NCBI GenBank assembly: GCA_964016885.1
Contig: OZ024742.1
Coordinates: forward strand, 374,232,001-374,296,000
Length of the DNA stretch: 64,000 nucleotides
Direction of reading: 5' to 3'
DNA from: Eledone cirrhosa
Taxonomy: Eukaryota
Part shown: piece after piece, positions 37,781 through 51,133 of the stretch
Position numbering within the stretch: the stretch's first letter is position 1
Layout: every line of letters begins with the position of its first letter
Made by a program: the position numbers and the translations under genes
Notes under the pieces: generated by a model
Seen by the model: the letters and a program-made list of their open reading frames with translations, nothing else
What the model was told of the DNA's origin: nothing
Database searches by the model: none

Positions 37781-38938
37781 AATTTTAGAGATGTGCTTCA
37801 TCCAACGCAAATCGCTGCTGACCGTAATGCCCAGGTCACGTTCACAAGAATAATTCTTGATATTAGTGCTGTGGAGGGAGTATGTGGACGCTGGTTGTTT
37901 ACTCCCAAAATGCATGGTGGTACACTTGTCCACAACTAGCTTGAGTTGCCAGTCTGAGATCCATTGTTGCATTGTGTCCAAGTCAGACTGCAAGCAAGAT
38001 CTGTAGTGTTCAGGATCTGTCCTTTTTATCTCAAGGTACAGCTTGTGGCATTCAGTACTGTGGCATTCTTTAAGTTGGCATCTATGTCATTAATATATGC
38101 CACAAACAAAAGGGAGCCAAGAACAGATCCCTGTGGTACACCAGATGACATCTCATGTGGTGAGGAATGCTGTCCCAGAACCGTGACTACTTCTCTTCGA
38201 CTGAGAATGAAGGACTTCAACCAGTTAAAAAGATCATCCTTGACACCCATTGCAGAGAGTTTTGCCATAAGCCTTTTGTGTGGCACAGAATTGAAAGCCT
38301 TTGCAAAGTCAAGGTAAACAACATCCACCCATGAGCCACCATCAGTGATCCGGGTGATGTCCTCAAGAAACTCTATAAGTTGATCACAGCAGCTGGAGTT
38401 GGAGATAAATCCAAATTGCGAGGGCCGGATAAGACTGTGAGAGTTCCAGAAGTTCCAAAGTGTTTCTCTAACACAGTATTCCATCAGTTTGGCGATGCAA
38501 CTAGTAAGACTGACTGGACGATAGTTGACAGGTGATGTGCGGTCATCCTTTTTGAACAGAGGAATGACACTGGCAGTTTTCCACTGTTATGGAGTAGCAC
38601 CGTTGTTCAGACAGAATTGGAAGAAGTGTGATAGCTCGTGCAGAAGGAAGTACCCACCACGTTTAAGAAGCAGGTATGTAACACCATCAAAACCAGGAGA
38701 GGCATGGTTGCGTTTATTTTTAAGGTGACATCGCAGCATTGCAGGTGTAAATTCCATGGTTGTAATAGAATCCGGTGTCATAGGTGGTGGAGACGGTACA
38801 CTCTGGTCTTCAATAGTGAAAATGCCTGCATAGCATTCAGCAATGAGCTCTGCGCATTCCTTGGGGTCGTCAGTAACCTGGCTTGTGTGGGGATTATGAA
38901 GAGGACCAACTGGAGAGTGAGGCCTCTGCTTTCAGTGA
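37775..38938 (-). mobile_element. CR1 LINE internal RT fragment
   Basis: Reverse complement of about 25330-26500 at high identity, truncated at both ends. Confidence 0.92.
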
Positions 38939-39564
38939 ACAGTTACAGAGTGAACAATTAAGTTACAATCTTAGTAATGAAATAATTGTTTTAGTAAATC
39001 CCTCAAAATTCTTCATTAATTAATTAAAATAGAGTGTGTTTCATTAGAAATGTGGTCTCTAAAAAATAACTAAAAGCAGGTTTGTTAATTCAAATTTTTG
39101 CAACATCTTCAATAGTGGACAGTGTACTGTGAACATTGTAAGTAAATTAAAGTGCTGTTTTGTACTTTTCAAGAATGTCAGAATGTCTTCCAATGTGATA
39201 ATAAATGTGATAATAAACATTTATTGTACTCCTATAATGATACTTAAAATACTCACAAAGAGACTATATGTATGTTTATTATACATACTATATATGGTTC
39301 AAATTAAACATTTATATGTATATATATATATATATATATTTGGGTGGCATGTTGGTAATGGTAACTCATTGGTCCGACAAACCAAAGATGTGGGTTTGAG
39401 TCCCATGTACGTCAATAACCATCCTTTCACCATCTATCGTGGAAGAACGGACATAAAATGGTGATGATGATAATATATATATATATACTTTGGATGTCTC
39501 ACGCACGAGGTGAAATATTCACTCGTGTAACTTTTAGTTTTAGGTGTTTTTCACATTTGATCTA

Positions 39565-39652
39565 ATCTCTCGCTGATGATGCCTACGGATTATCTGTTAC
39601 AAACACAATTCTCAGGGCGAAACAGATTAAATCTCTAATCTGTCCGGGAGAT
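39565..39652 (+). ncRNA. Type I hammerhead ribozyme (Penelope-like pLTR-type)
   Basis: Stem I atctctcg/cgggagat, CTGATGA at 39573, stem II gcc..ggc with a long loop, GAAA at 39619, stem III cagatta/taatctg, GTC cleavage triplet ending at 39644. Confidence 0.8.
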
Positions 39653-39720
39653 GAATAGTTATTGAAACAGTCAGTACATTTTACTCTTTATCCTGTATTT
39701 TCAATTTGCTTCATATATAT

Positions 39721-40680
<960 letters not shown>

Positions 40681-40689
40681 TATGTTTTG

Positions 40690-42269
40690 TTGACAGTGTA
40701 AGGGTGGTGTGGGTAGGAGTGGGTGGGTAGCAGTATAATGGTTAGGAGGTGCCTACTAGGTGTACTTTTGAGTCTGTGCATATGGGAAAGTATGTCTTCT
40801 ATATTACTGCAAAGCACTAAAGATCTTGATCCTGTATCATTGTCTTTGAAAGGTTCAGTTCCGCAAAGCCTACATTCTTTGCTAGCCTGCCTGTGATCCC
40901 ACTACATCTGTTATGTACCCATAGCTTGCACTTGGGACATAGGATAGAATTTCTACCTACTCCTTTCTTGCACAATGAGCAAGGCCATTTCCCAGAGGGG
41001 ATCTATACCCTGTTTTCCTTTCTACATACTAGGACTTTGGTCTTTGCCAGGTTGACTTTAACCCTTTAATGTTCAAACCGGCCAAAACCGCCCAGAATTC
41101 TGTACCTTTTTCTGTTGAAACTGGCTGTAACCGGTCGCTCAAACTGATGTTAAGGTATTGTTCTCAAAATAAATACTTTCAAATCTCATAGATTCGATAT
41201 TATGTGAGATAATTATGCGAGGTAAAGCCTTTACCATGAAAATATAATAGTATATATAGAGTAATGTGAATGCTAAAGGGTTAAGACCTTTTGATTCTAA
41301 GCCATACTTCTAGGTCTGAAATTTCTTCTCTAGTTCAGCCATAGATTCAGCTTTGAGAGTTAGATTATCTGCATACAGAAGTTCCCAGGAGCAACCAGTC
41401 TTAAACTTTCCTGTTATAAACTTTAGGGCAATAATAAATAGGAGAGGGCTAAGGACAGAGCCTTGATGAACACAAACATTTATACTAAATTCTTCACTAT
41501 AGTCATTGTTAATTCTAACCTTGCTAACTGTTCCTCTATACATGACTTGTATAGCTCTCACAAGCCACTTATCTATTCCTAGTTTTCTAAGAGCCCACCA
41601 GATAAAGGTATAGGGGACTCTGTAAAAGGCTTTCTCCAAGTCAACAAAGGCTAAGTAGAGGGGTTTACTTTTAGCTAGGTACTTCTCCTGTAGTTTTCTC
41701 ACAAGGAAGAGGGCATACATTGTACTTTTACCTGGCAAACATCCAAACTGCATTTCATTGAGGTTAATTCGGACCCTAATCAGTTATGCAATGACACTTT
41801 TGGTGACCTTTGTGACCTGTCTAGAGCATCACCTTTGTCCTTGTAGCAGTTGACGATGCTGCTGCTATGCCAGTCATTGGGTATGACACCATTTTGTATT
41901 ACTTGGTTTACTATACGGGTGACTATGGTGTGTCCCACCATCCCAGATGCTTTCAATATCTCAGCAACTATCCCCGAAGCTCTAGCTGCCTTGTTGGTCT
42001 TCATATCTTTGATTGCCTTACTTACTACAAACTTGCACAGCTGGTCCCTCTATTGGATCAACTTGGGGAAAACTATCTACATCCCATTCATTCTCCTCAT
42101 TTAATAGTCTCTCATAGTGACACTTCCAAGCTACCTTCTTATCACTATCAGTGAGGGCAAGTACACCATTATCATTACGGACACATTTCTCCCCAACAAT
42201 ATTACAATTTTCCTTGACACATTGTCTCACAATCCTGAACACCTCACGCCTAAGGTCCTCATGTGTCAT
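40690..42269 (-). mobile_element. Degenerate RTE LINE RT region
   Basis: FVDLEKAF, HQGSVLSP, LLYADN; deletions, and interrupted by a piggyBac MITE. Confidence 0.88.
41062..41280. mobile_element. piggyBac-type MITE
   Basis: TTAA duplication at 41058-41061 and 41281-41284, TIRs CCCTTTA...TAAAGGG. The RTE sequence rejoins across it. Confidence 0.88.
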
Positions 42270-42474
42270 ATATATATATAATAGAAAAAAAAACGAGAAC
42301 GTTTCGTTTACATATGAAAAATATTTATAGTGTATCGAGCTGATACACGTGTTTCACAGAGGATTCGCTCAAGGTAACCCATAGGGGTTATGGACCTGAC
42401 TCCAGTTTTGATCTGCTCGTCAGACTGGTGATGTGACAAAAAAATATATTTTTGTATATATACAGTATATATAT

Positions 42475-42507
<33 letters not shown>

Positions 42508-42632
42508 TCCGTCTAACCCATGCTAGCGTGGAAGAACGGACGTAAAACGGTGATGATGATGGTGATGATGATATATATATACGTTTATGTATTGTTCTGC
42601 AAGATTCTTGATGTGAAATTGTGTTGAAACAG

Positions 42633-42890
42633 ATATTGTTATATTTGGGGAATGGTCATGTTACCAACTTTGCCAATAAAAAATTTACCACAGAAAGGGA
42701 AGATGGAGCAAATAAAATAAGACCAGAAAGAAGAGGCACTGAGAAGAACAACAAATAGTCACTGAGGAGTTCATAGAATATGTGACGAAAGATTCTTTGA
42801 CAAACTAACCAATAACTAATAATAAAGCTGCAGGGAAAGTGTTTCTATTGGCAATATTGGCAACATGACCATCCCCAAGTATAACAATAT
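42633..42890. mobile_element. Inverted-repeat element with an internal minimal hammerhead-like core
   Basis: atattgttatatttgggga / tccccaagtataacaatat arms, CTGAGGA at 42762 and GAAA at 42787. Related to 46101-46506. Confidence 0.6.
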
Positions 42891-42897
42891 ATACATA

Positions 42898-43509
42898 TAA
42901 TGCGATGAAATACCAATGATGGTTGGAAAATCACTGACGAAGGACTATTTTTATCATATGTAACCTATGTGCAACCACGCAGTATTCTTCTTTCTTCTCA
43001 TGTTTTTTATATATATTCACTTCGGCTGCGTTTGTCTGTTTCTCTCTTACTGCTTCCCCGTTCTCTCTGTTTCTCTCACCTTCTTTCGCCCCCTCTGTCA
43101 GTTACACTTTCTCTCGACTGATCGCTTCCTCGCACTTCCACTCACTCACTCTCTGTTTCTCCCCTTCTCACTTCCTCCCGTTTGGCTAACAGTGGGTCTC
43201 TTCTTGCTTACATCCCACTCATGCTGGACGTGTCTGTACCTTTCACTCATGAAATCCACCCAGCTTATGCTGACCAGGACTAAAATGTTGCTTGTTTATT
43301 TCCTTTCTTTGGTTTGCTTTTATCCTTCTATGTTGTTCACTGGTCCCAATAACTTTTTTTAGTTATTGCTTGCACCAACCTGAGGTATCAAGGTGATTTT
43401 TAATGCGATGAAATACCAATGATGATTGGAAAATCACTGACGAAGGACTATTTTTATCATATGTAACCTATGTGCAACCACGCAGTATTCTTCTTTCTTC
43501 TCATGTTTT
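42898..43509 (+). mobile_element. Element with ~108-bp direct repeats (Penelope pLTR-like arrangement)
   Basis: 42898-43006 is repeated at 43401-43509 around a CT-rich spacer. Each repeat contains CTGACGA. The Penelope assignment is inference. Confidence 0.5.
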
Positions 43510-43515
43510 ATATAT

Positions 43516-44742
43516 CATCATCATCATCATCATCAACGTTTAACGTCCGTGTTCCACGCTTGCATGGGTTTGGACGGGGGTAGTCCCACTTGAGGCAAGA
43601 GTGATTTTCTTGCTCGCATAGGACTGTCTGGCAGGTTTTCTACAGTTGGATGCCCTTCCTAACACCAACCACATTTACAGTGTGGGTCTGGGAGGTTTTT
43701 ACTGTGTTGCCTACACGGCCACATTACAGCGTGGACTGTGTGTTTTTTTGTCGTGACACCTACACGATCTCATTTGTTTCGGCCTGGATGGCGCGGCACC
43801 AACATAACTTTACATAGAACGGGGTGGTGTGGATGGGGTGGGGGTTGTGGTGGTGGGACGTGGTGTATTTTGTTAGAGATGCCTACTGGCAAGGCGGGTC
43901 TTCTCTATTACTGAGTACCGCCAAAGGTCTCGGTCCAGTGACATTGTCTTGGTGAGGTGTAAGTGTGTGAGGTCGGTGTTTATCAGCTCGTCCCAGGTTT
44001 TTCTGGGTCTGCCTATTCCGTGGCTACCGTCTATCTTTATTGCCCTGCACTTTGTTATACAGCTATCATCCTTCATGCGCATCACGTGACCATACCAACG
44101 TAGCCTTCTCTCTAGTAAACAACATCTGATCCCTCTTATTTCTAATTTTTTCCTTAGTTCGTTTATGCTTTGTCGTTCACGTATATTACTATTACACATC
44201 CAGCGGAGCATGCAAGCTTCGTTTCTCTCTAGTCTGCGTATATCCTCTGCACACAATGCCCAGGTCTCACTGCCATGCAACATTGCTGTTCGTATGCAGG
44301 CATCGTACAGCCTGCCTTTCATTTTTAGGGAGAACCCTTTAGCGGCTAATAGTGGTATAAGCTCTCTGAACTTTTTCCACCCAGTTCTGACTCTAGCTAC
44401 TGTACTTTCAGAGCACCCTCCCCCACTGCTGATTTTGTCACCCAGGTAACGGAAGCTGTCCACTATTTCTATAGAACTCTCTGCGCAGTTGAAAGAGCTA
44501 GTATTTTGTGGGCACTTGCTGCTACTTATTGCACCAGAGCACCGGCCACATATAAAATCTATGTTCTTAGTTAGTTTACCTGTGATCCCACTACATCTTT
44601 TATGCACCCATACTTTGCATTTGGGACATAAAATGGAGTTTCTACCTACTCCTTTCCTACACACTGAGCATGGCCATTTCCCGGAAGGGACCGGCGCCCT
44701 ATTTTCCTTCCTACAAACTAGAACTTTAGTCTTAGCTAGGTT
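43516..44742 (-). mobile_element. 5'-truncated RTE LINE with intact 3' ORF, UTR and (TGA)n tail
   Basis: ORF 43873-44664 with PHD-like finger, FRYLG and RRLRWYGH. Confidence 0.93.
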
Positions 44743-45982
44743 ACATCATCATCATCATTTTACGTCCGCCTTTCCCTGCTTGCAAGGGTGGGACGGGTCT
44801 TATTCAGCACAACATCTCTCCACTCATCACGGTCCCTCGTCATCTCCACCGTGAGCTTCAACAATCTGAGGTCTGTTCTCACCACCTCCGCCCATGTTTT
44901 TCGTGGTCTTCCTACCACTACCACATCTTCCTTCAACTGGCATTTCCTGGCACTTCTTCACCCATCGGTCATCCTCCATGCGCATCACATGTCCATACCA
45001 CCTCAGTCTCCTCTCCCGTACACTACATTCTATCCCTCTCAGACACAGTTTCCTCTCAACACATTCATGCTGGGTCGTTCACGCACATTTACACTGCACA
45101 TCCAATGGAACATGCTTGCCTCATTTCTCTCCAGCCATCGCATATCCTCTGCAGTTGCTGCCCATGTCTCACTACCATGCAGCATCGCGCTCCTCACACA
45201 GGCATCATACAACCGGCCTTTCGTACGCAGGGAGAAACCCTTCTTCGTCAGCAGAGGAAGCAGCTCCCTAAACTTCTTCCAACCCATCCTTATTCTACAT
45301 ACTATGGCCTCAGAACACCCTCCTCCCATGCTAATCTGATCTCCTAGGTACCGGAAGCTATCCACCACTTCTATAGCACCCTCCTGCATCTACTGCATAC
45401 ATATTTCTCCCTACCTGTTAATTTTCCTGCTATCCCGCTACATCTCTTGTGTCCCCAGAATCTGCATTGTGTGCATTTTATAGAATTTATGCCAGTTCCT
45501 TTTCTGCATATCGAACATGGCCATTTCCCTGGTGGAATCAGAGTTTTGTCATCTTTTCTACTCATCAACACTTTTGTCTTAGCTAGGTTCACTCTCAGTC
45601 CTCTTGCTTCCAACTGCTGTTTCCATAGCCAGAATTTATTCTCTAGCTCCTCTACTGATTCTGCTATAAGAACCAGATCGTCAGCATAGAGAAGTTCCCA
45701 TGGACAGCCAGTCTTAAACTCCTCTGTTATGGCTTGGAGGACTATAATGAACAAGAGCGGGCTGAGGACCGAACCTTGATGTACTCCTACTTGTATCTGG
45801 AATTCCTCACTAAACTCCATTCCTACCCTGACTTTACTGAGAGTACCTCTGTACAAAGTTTGCACTGTCCTCACAAGCCATTCCTCAACACCTAGCTTCC
45901 TTAGGGACCACCAGATGACAGATCGGGGTACTCTATCAAAGGCCTTCTCTAGGTCAACAAATGCTAAGTATAGTTGCTTATT
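44743..45982 (-). mobile_element. Second RTE family fragment, in tandem with the previous one
   Basis: HQGSVLSP, LLYADD, FRYLG. Short 3'UTR cccacccttgcaagcaggg...(tga)n. Confidence 0.92.
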
Positions 45983-46100
45983 TATATATATATATATATA
46001 TTTTCCTTATGACAGACTGAATGAGTTGGGGTCCAGAACCCAATGAAACTTAAGTACCTGTTTATGTCACTGTTGTAATTATATATATATATATGTATAT

Positions 46101-46506
46101 ATATTGTTATACTTGGGGAGGGTCATATTTGTGTAATAATATTGCCAGAATTAATAACAGAACACACTCACTGTTTGGTTGGTTTAAATAAATAAATAAA
46201 TAAATAAACAGACTAAATAAAGATGGCGTAGACATACAATACAACAGGAGGAAACATAATAGCACCACTGACGATGTTGCAGATGTGCAACGAAAGAACT
46301 TTGTTAGACTATATATATATGTTTGTGTCTATATTATATCTGTATTTTTGACCGCTGGTTAGTCAATGGTAACATTGAGGACCGAATAAATTAGATTAAC
46401 CGATAAAAGACACAGAAGCGAAAACCAACCAAACAGTGAGTGTGTTCTGTTATTAATTCTGGCAATATTATTACACAAATATGACCCTCCCCAAGTATAA
46501 CAATAT
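46101..46506. mobile_element. Element with 85-bp perfect inverted repeats and an internal hammerhead-like core
   Basis: 46101-46185 is the exact reverse complement of 46422-46506. CTGACGA-t-gttgca-gatg-tgcaac-GAAA at 46268-46295. Confidence 0.75.
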
Positions 46507-46562
46507 TTGTTTTGACACATGATTTCATATCAAAAACCTCGCAAAACTAATTCTTCGGCGTT

Positions 46563-46738
46563 ATTGGCAGTATCGGTAGAGGGTCGTACGCCATGCTTTC
46601 CAGCATAGTTACGTCCCTTTACGATCTGAGTTCAAATCCCGCCGAGGTTGACTTTGCCTTTCATCCTTACGAGGTCGATAAAATAAAGTACCAGTAATGC
46701 ACTGGGTAATTGCTGGCCTTGTGCCTAAAGTAGAAACA
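46563..46738 (+). mobile_element. SINE family A
   Basis: Near-identical to the copy at 31063. Confidence 0.88.
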
Positions 46739-46739
46739 G

Positions 46740-46787
<48 letters not shown>

Positions 46788-47953
46788 TAGCAGAAGTACT
46801 CGGCGTTGCCCGGGTGTAAGTCGACCTTTGGTCTGTTAGAATGTGTGAAAGTTACTTCCCGCGCATCACAGGTTCAAAACTTCGAACTTCAATGGAAAAA
46901 AATAGGTTAGTAGACACAGGTGTCTAATTTATTAATTGTAGTTACACAGTGTATCGTTGAAATTGTTCTCTGCACGACTGACGGAAGTCAAAATCGCTTG
47001 ATATTGAATGTTCAGTTAATTTAAAGCAGGGTGAAAATGTCGATTACTTTCAGGGTTTTTTTTTTTTACAATTTTTGCGCTCACATGTGCAGAAGAAGAA
47101 TTAAAAGGGGCTTTATCTTAACCGCGGCATAATGGCGAGTCTTTTGTGACAGTTTTCAAGAATATAGGACGTTCCTGTAAAAAGTTTTCCCATGTGTAAC
47201 TTTGCCTTATTTTTTTGCGCAAAGTCGAGCCCCGCTTCAGTTTTATTGATTTTTTACATCAATGCGTGATCTCTGAAGTAGATTTGAGTAGCTAAAAACC
47301 TGTCCCGGTAAAGTTGCTATAGGTGAAAAAAAGTTGATCAAAATTGTATCTAGGGTTATTGCCCTTTGCCACAGCCTCAAGCCTCGTCTGACGGGATGTT
47401 GGTGATTCCTCCGTCAGCGCTTGTTGGCGACGAAGGCGAACATCAGCAAGCCTTGTCGTACGTGATGTTGGTGACTCAACCAGCCGGTCACCACTTTAGC
47501 AGTATGGTTTATAGATGTTATTGAGACACGAGTGGCATAATAATGATTTTAACAGCAGAAATTAGAGATGAAATATATGTTTATTTTTGATGTAGCACAA
47601 ACAATGGTGTGGTACAGAGGCTGGTTTCTGGCGTGTGATCAGTCTGCTTTCCAGTGGCTGTCTGTTTTTTTTCTCGCGTTCTCAACCAGCGTTGTTCTAT
47701 CAAGAGGCGTGAGGCATCTTACTACAGTATCCCCTGCCAGATTTTCAAATCATCGAAAATCGATGTCATTACTCACATGTGAAGTAAGATGGCGAACAAT
47801 GCAACAAGGAGGAGCTATTCGCTCTACCAAAAATTGAATCCAGAATAAGGATTTGAAAAATGTTAAAAAAAAACAACAACATGCATGCATAAAAAAACAA
47901 GGCAAAGAAAAAGCAGAAACACAGAGGCAAAAAAAAAAGGTGCAGCCTTTAGT

Positions 47954-50900
47954 CTAAATATAGACGGTGCTGCAAAATTTTTTGGGCCAGTGGACCCTAC
48001 GACCTGAACGGGTCGTGGTCTTGTAACGTGGCGATGGTGGTGGTGTAGGGACAGGCGATGATGGTGGTTCAGGAACAGGCGCTCTCAACAGGCAAATACG
48101 AAGGGGTTCGTGGATCAGGAACCACAGCGTCCGTGTCAAGGTGTGCCTGCTTAAGCCTGTCTATTGTAAGTGTCTCCCTGGACCCTTTAATATCTAACGT
48201 GAAATGCTTAGCCGAGCGCGCTAAGACACGGTAAGGTCCAGTGTAAGGCTGTGTGAGCGGGGGCTTCACAGAATCTTTCCTTACAAAGACATGCGTCCAC
48301 GAGGCAATATCCCTCGGGACAGCAGTCTGGACAGTTTGTTTCCTAGTGTCCATTGGCGGCAAATCCTGGAAATAGGAGCGCAAACGGGACACGAAGGAAG
48401 CGTGATCTTGGGCATCAAGATCGATAGGGGCAAGCATTTTCCCGGGCAACGTCAGAGGGGCACCGTACAGTACTTCGGCCAGTGAAAATCCAAGGTCGAC
48501 CTTCACCGTTGACCGAATACCTAGTAGCACAATAGGGAGGTACTCGCTCCAATGCGCCGAGTCCATTGAGGCCATTAGGGAGGCCTTCAGTTGTCGGTGA
48601 AAACGCTCCACCATACCATTCGAAGCGGGATGGTACGCCGTAGTTCTAATGCGTTTAGCACCAATTAATTTTGACAGCTCGAGAAAAGGCTCGACTCGAA
48701 CTGTCGTCCACGGTCGGTAGTTATTGTGGATGGAACTCCATAACGAGAGATCCATCCAGACACAAGAGCACGTGTTGTTGTCTCCGCGGTGATGTTTTTC
48801 AAGGGGATGGCCTCAGGCCATCTCGAAAAACGGTCAATGACGGTCAGCAGATAAGAAAAACCATCGCTGACAGGCCAAGGTCCCACAATGTCAATATGAA
48901 TATGTGAAAAACGCGCATCTGGGTTAGCAAAGGTACCCAGGGGAGCCTTGACGTGTCGATGGACCTTTGATCTCTGGCAAGCGACGCAGGAACGGCACCA
49001 AGCAGCAATTTCACGCCTCATATTTGGCCAGAAAAATCTAGCTGATATGAGCTTTGCTGTGGCAGAAGATCCTGGATGCAAGATACAATGTAATCCCAGA
49101 AACACGGTCCGACGATGATTCTCTGGAACGAAGGACCTAGGCACGTCCAAAGAGACGTCGCAGAGGATTTGGCCAACTGCAGTCGACAGAGGCAAGTATT
49201 TCATCTCGCAGTTCGCAAACTCAGGCGATGTAACATCCAATGACTCAAGGGGAGGCTGATCCGCAGCCAAACGAGTCAGATCTATGTTAGAGGGTGACGA
49301 GATCGCTGTCACGGGTAAGCGGGACAAAGCATCGGCCGCTGTATTTAGTGAACCCGGAATATGCTGGATATCACTCGTATATTGCGAGATGAAATCAAGG
49401 TGTCTCGTCTCTCTGGGCGAGTATTTATCAGCCTTCGCTCTCAAAGCAAAAGTCAATGGTTTATGGTCAGTGAGGATAGTAAATTGTCTACCCTCTAGCA
49501 CATGTGAAAAATGTTTCACGGCCAAATAGATGGCTAAAAGCTCCCTTCCAAAGGTGCTGTAGCGCGTCTCAGCAGGTTTCAGCTTTCTGGAAAAAAAACT
49601 CCAGCGGTTGCTGGTAACCATTGATGTTTTGCTGTAGTACTGCGCCCACAGCGATATCCGATGCATCAACACAAAGCGTTAGCTTTGTACCGGGTACCGG
49701 GTGAGTCAGTAACGAAGCATTAGTCAAAGCAGTTTTGGCGTGCTGAAAATCAGCAAGTTGAGTGTCTGTCAAAGAAATATCTTTGTTCTTCCTCCGACAA
49801 TTTTTCAAAATTTCTGTCAGGGAGAAAAGCAATTTTGCACAATTTGGCACGAAACGCCTATAAAAGTTAATCAGACCTAAGAACTGGCGTAACTGACGTA
49901 GTGAGGTCGGTGGAGGCAAATCCTCTATGACCTTAACTCGCTCAGGCCGGGGTCGAATACCGTCAGCATCGATGACGTGACCCAAGAAAGTCAGTGACTC
50001 AGCACCAAAAACACATTTGGGTGCATTAAGCTGCACGTTATACGCCTTCAATCGGCGGAAAAGAAGATTCAAAAGTGCGTATGTTGCTCTTGAGAAGAAC
50101 TAGCAATGAGCAGATCGTCAATATAGGTATAGACGAAATCGAGGCCGCGAGTAACCTCATCCATAAACCGCTGAAAAGTACTAGCGGCATTCCTTAATCC
50201 GAACGGCATAGTCAAAAACTCGAATGACCCAAATGGCGTAACTATAGCCGTTTTTGGAATGTCATTTTTATGGACAGGAATTTGATGGTACGCACGAATT
50301 AAATCCAGTTTGGAGAATATCTTGCATCCCTGCAACGAAGACGCAAAGTCTTGCAGATGAGGGATAGGATAACGGTCCGGTACCGTTATCGAATTTAGGC
50401 GTCGATAATCTCCAGTAGGTCTCCAATCGCCATTCGCTTTCGGTACCATGTGTAATGGGGACGCCCACGGGCTCGTGGACGGACGAATAATCCCCATTTG
50501 CAGCATATGATCAAACTCTGATCGTGCTGCTTTGAGTTTGTCCGGAGGCAAGCGACGAGGACGAGAGAAAACGGGAGCACCAGTTGTAGATATGAAGTGC
50601 TCCGTGGTATGAGTTGGTTCATCAACTCGAAAATTTCCCCGAGTCAGTTGCGGGAACGAGTTCAACAACGCATGGTAAGGATCACCGGTGTTAGCAAGAA
50701 AAAAGGTCGGGCTAACCGTTGGAACTCCTGCTGCCTTGCCAACAACAGTTAATCCAGTGATGCCATCAATTAGGCGTTTACGACGGAGGTCCACCGTCAA
50801 TGAAAAATGGTGGAGAAAATCCGCGCCTAGAATCGGATACGGCAAGGCAGCGACAGTAAATATCCATTTAAACTCGCGCCGCAGATTACGGAACTGCAAA

Positions 50901-51133
50901 GGTAACGAGATTTGTCCGAAAGTTCGAATCAGCGAACAATTTACTGCCTGCAACTCAATAGGCGTCTCAGGGGGAGTCTCCTTCATACAACACACAGGCC
51001 ATACGGAACAAGCTGCACCTGTGTCAACCAGAAAAGCTCTACCTGACAGCAGGTCCTCAATGAAAAAGTGGCGGTTGGATGATGTTTCGCAGAGCGCACT
51101 ATCCGCCATTAGTGACTCTGGTCGTCGTTTCCC
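47954..51133 (-). pseudogene. pol: Gypsy pol (PR-RT-RH-IN), frameshifted
   Basis: ORFs 50069-51145, 49569-50072, 48665-49672, 48069-48755 and 47954-48139; ends TTRSGRRVHWP. Confidence 0.9.
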
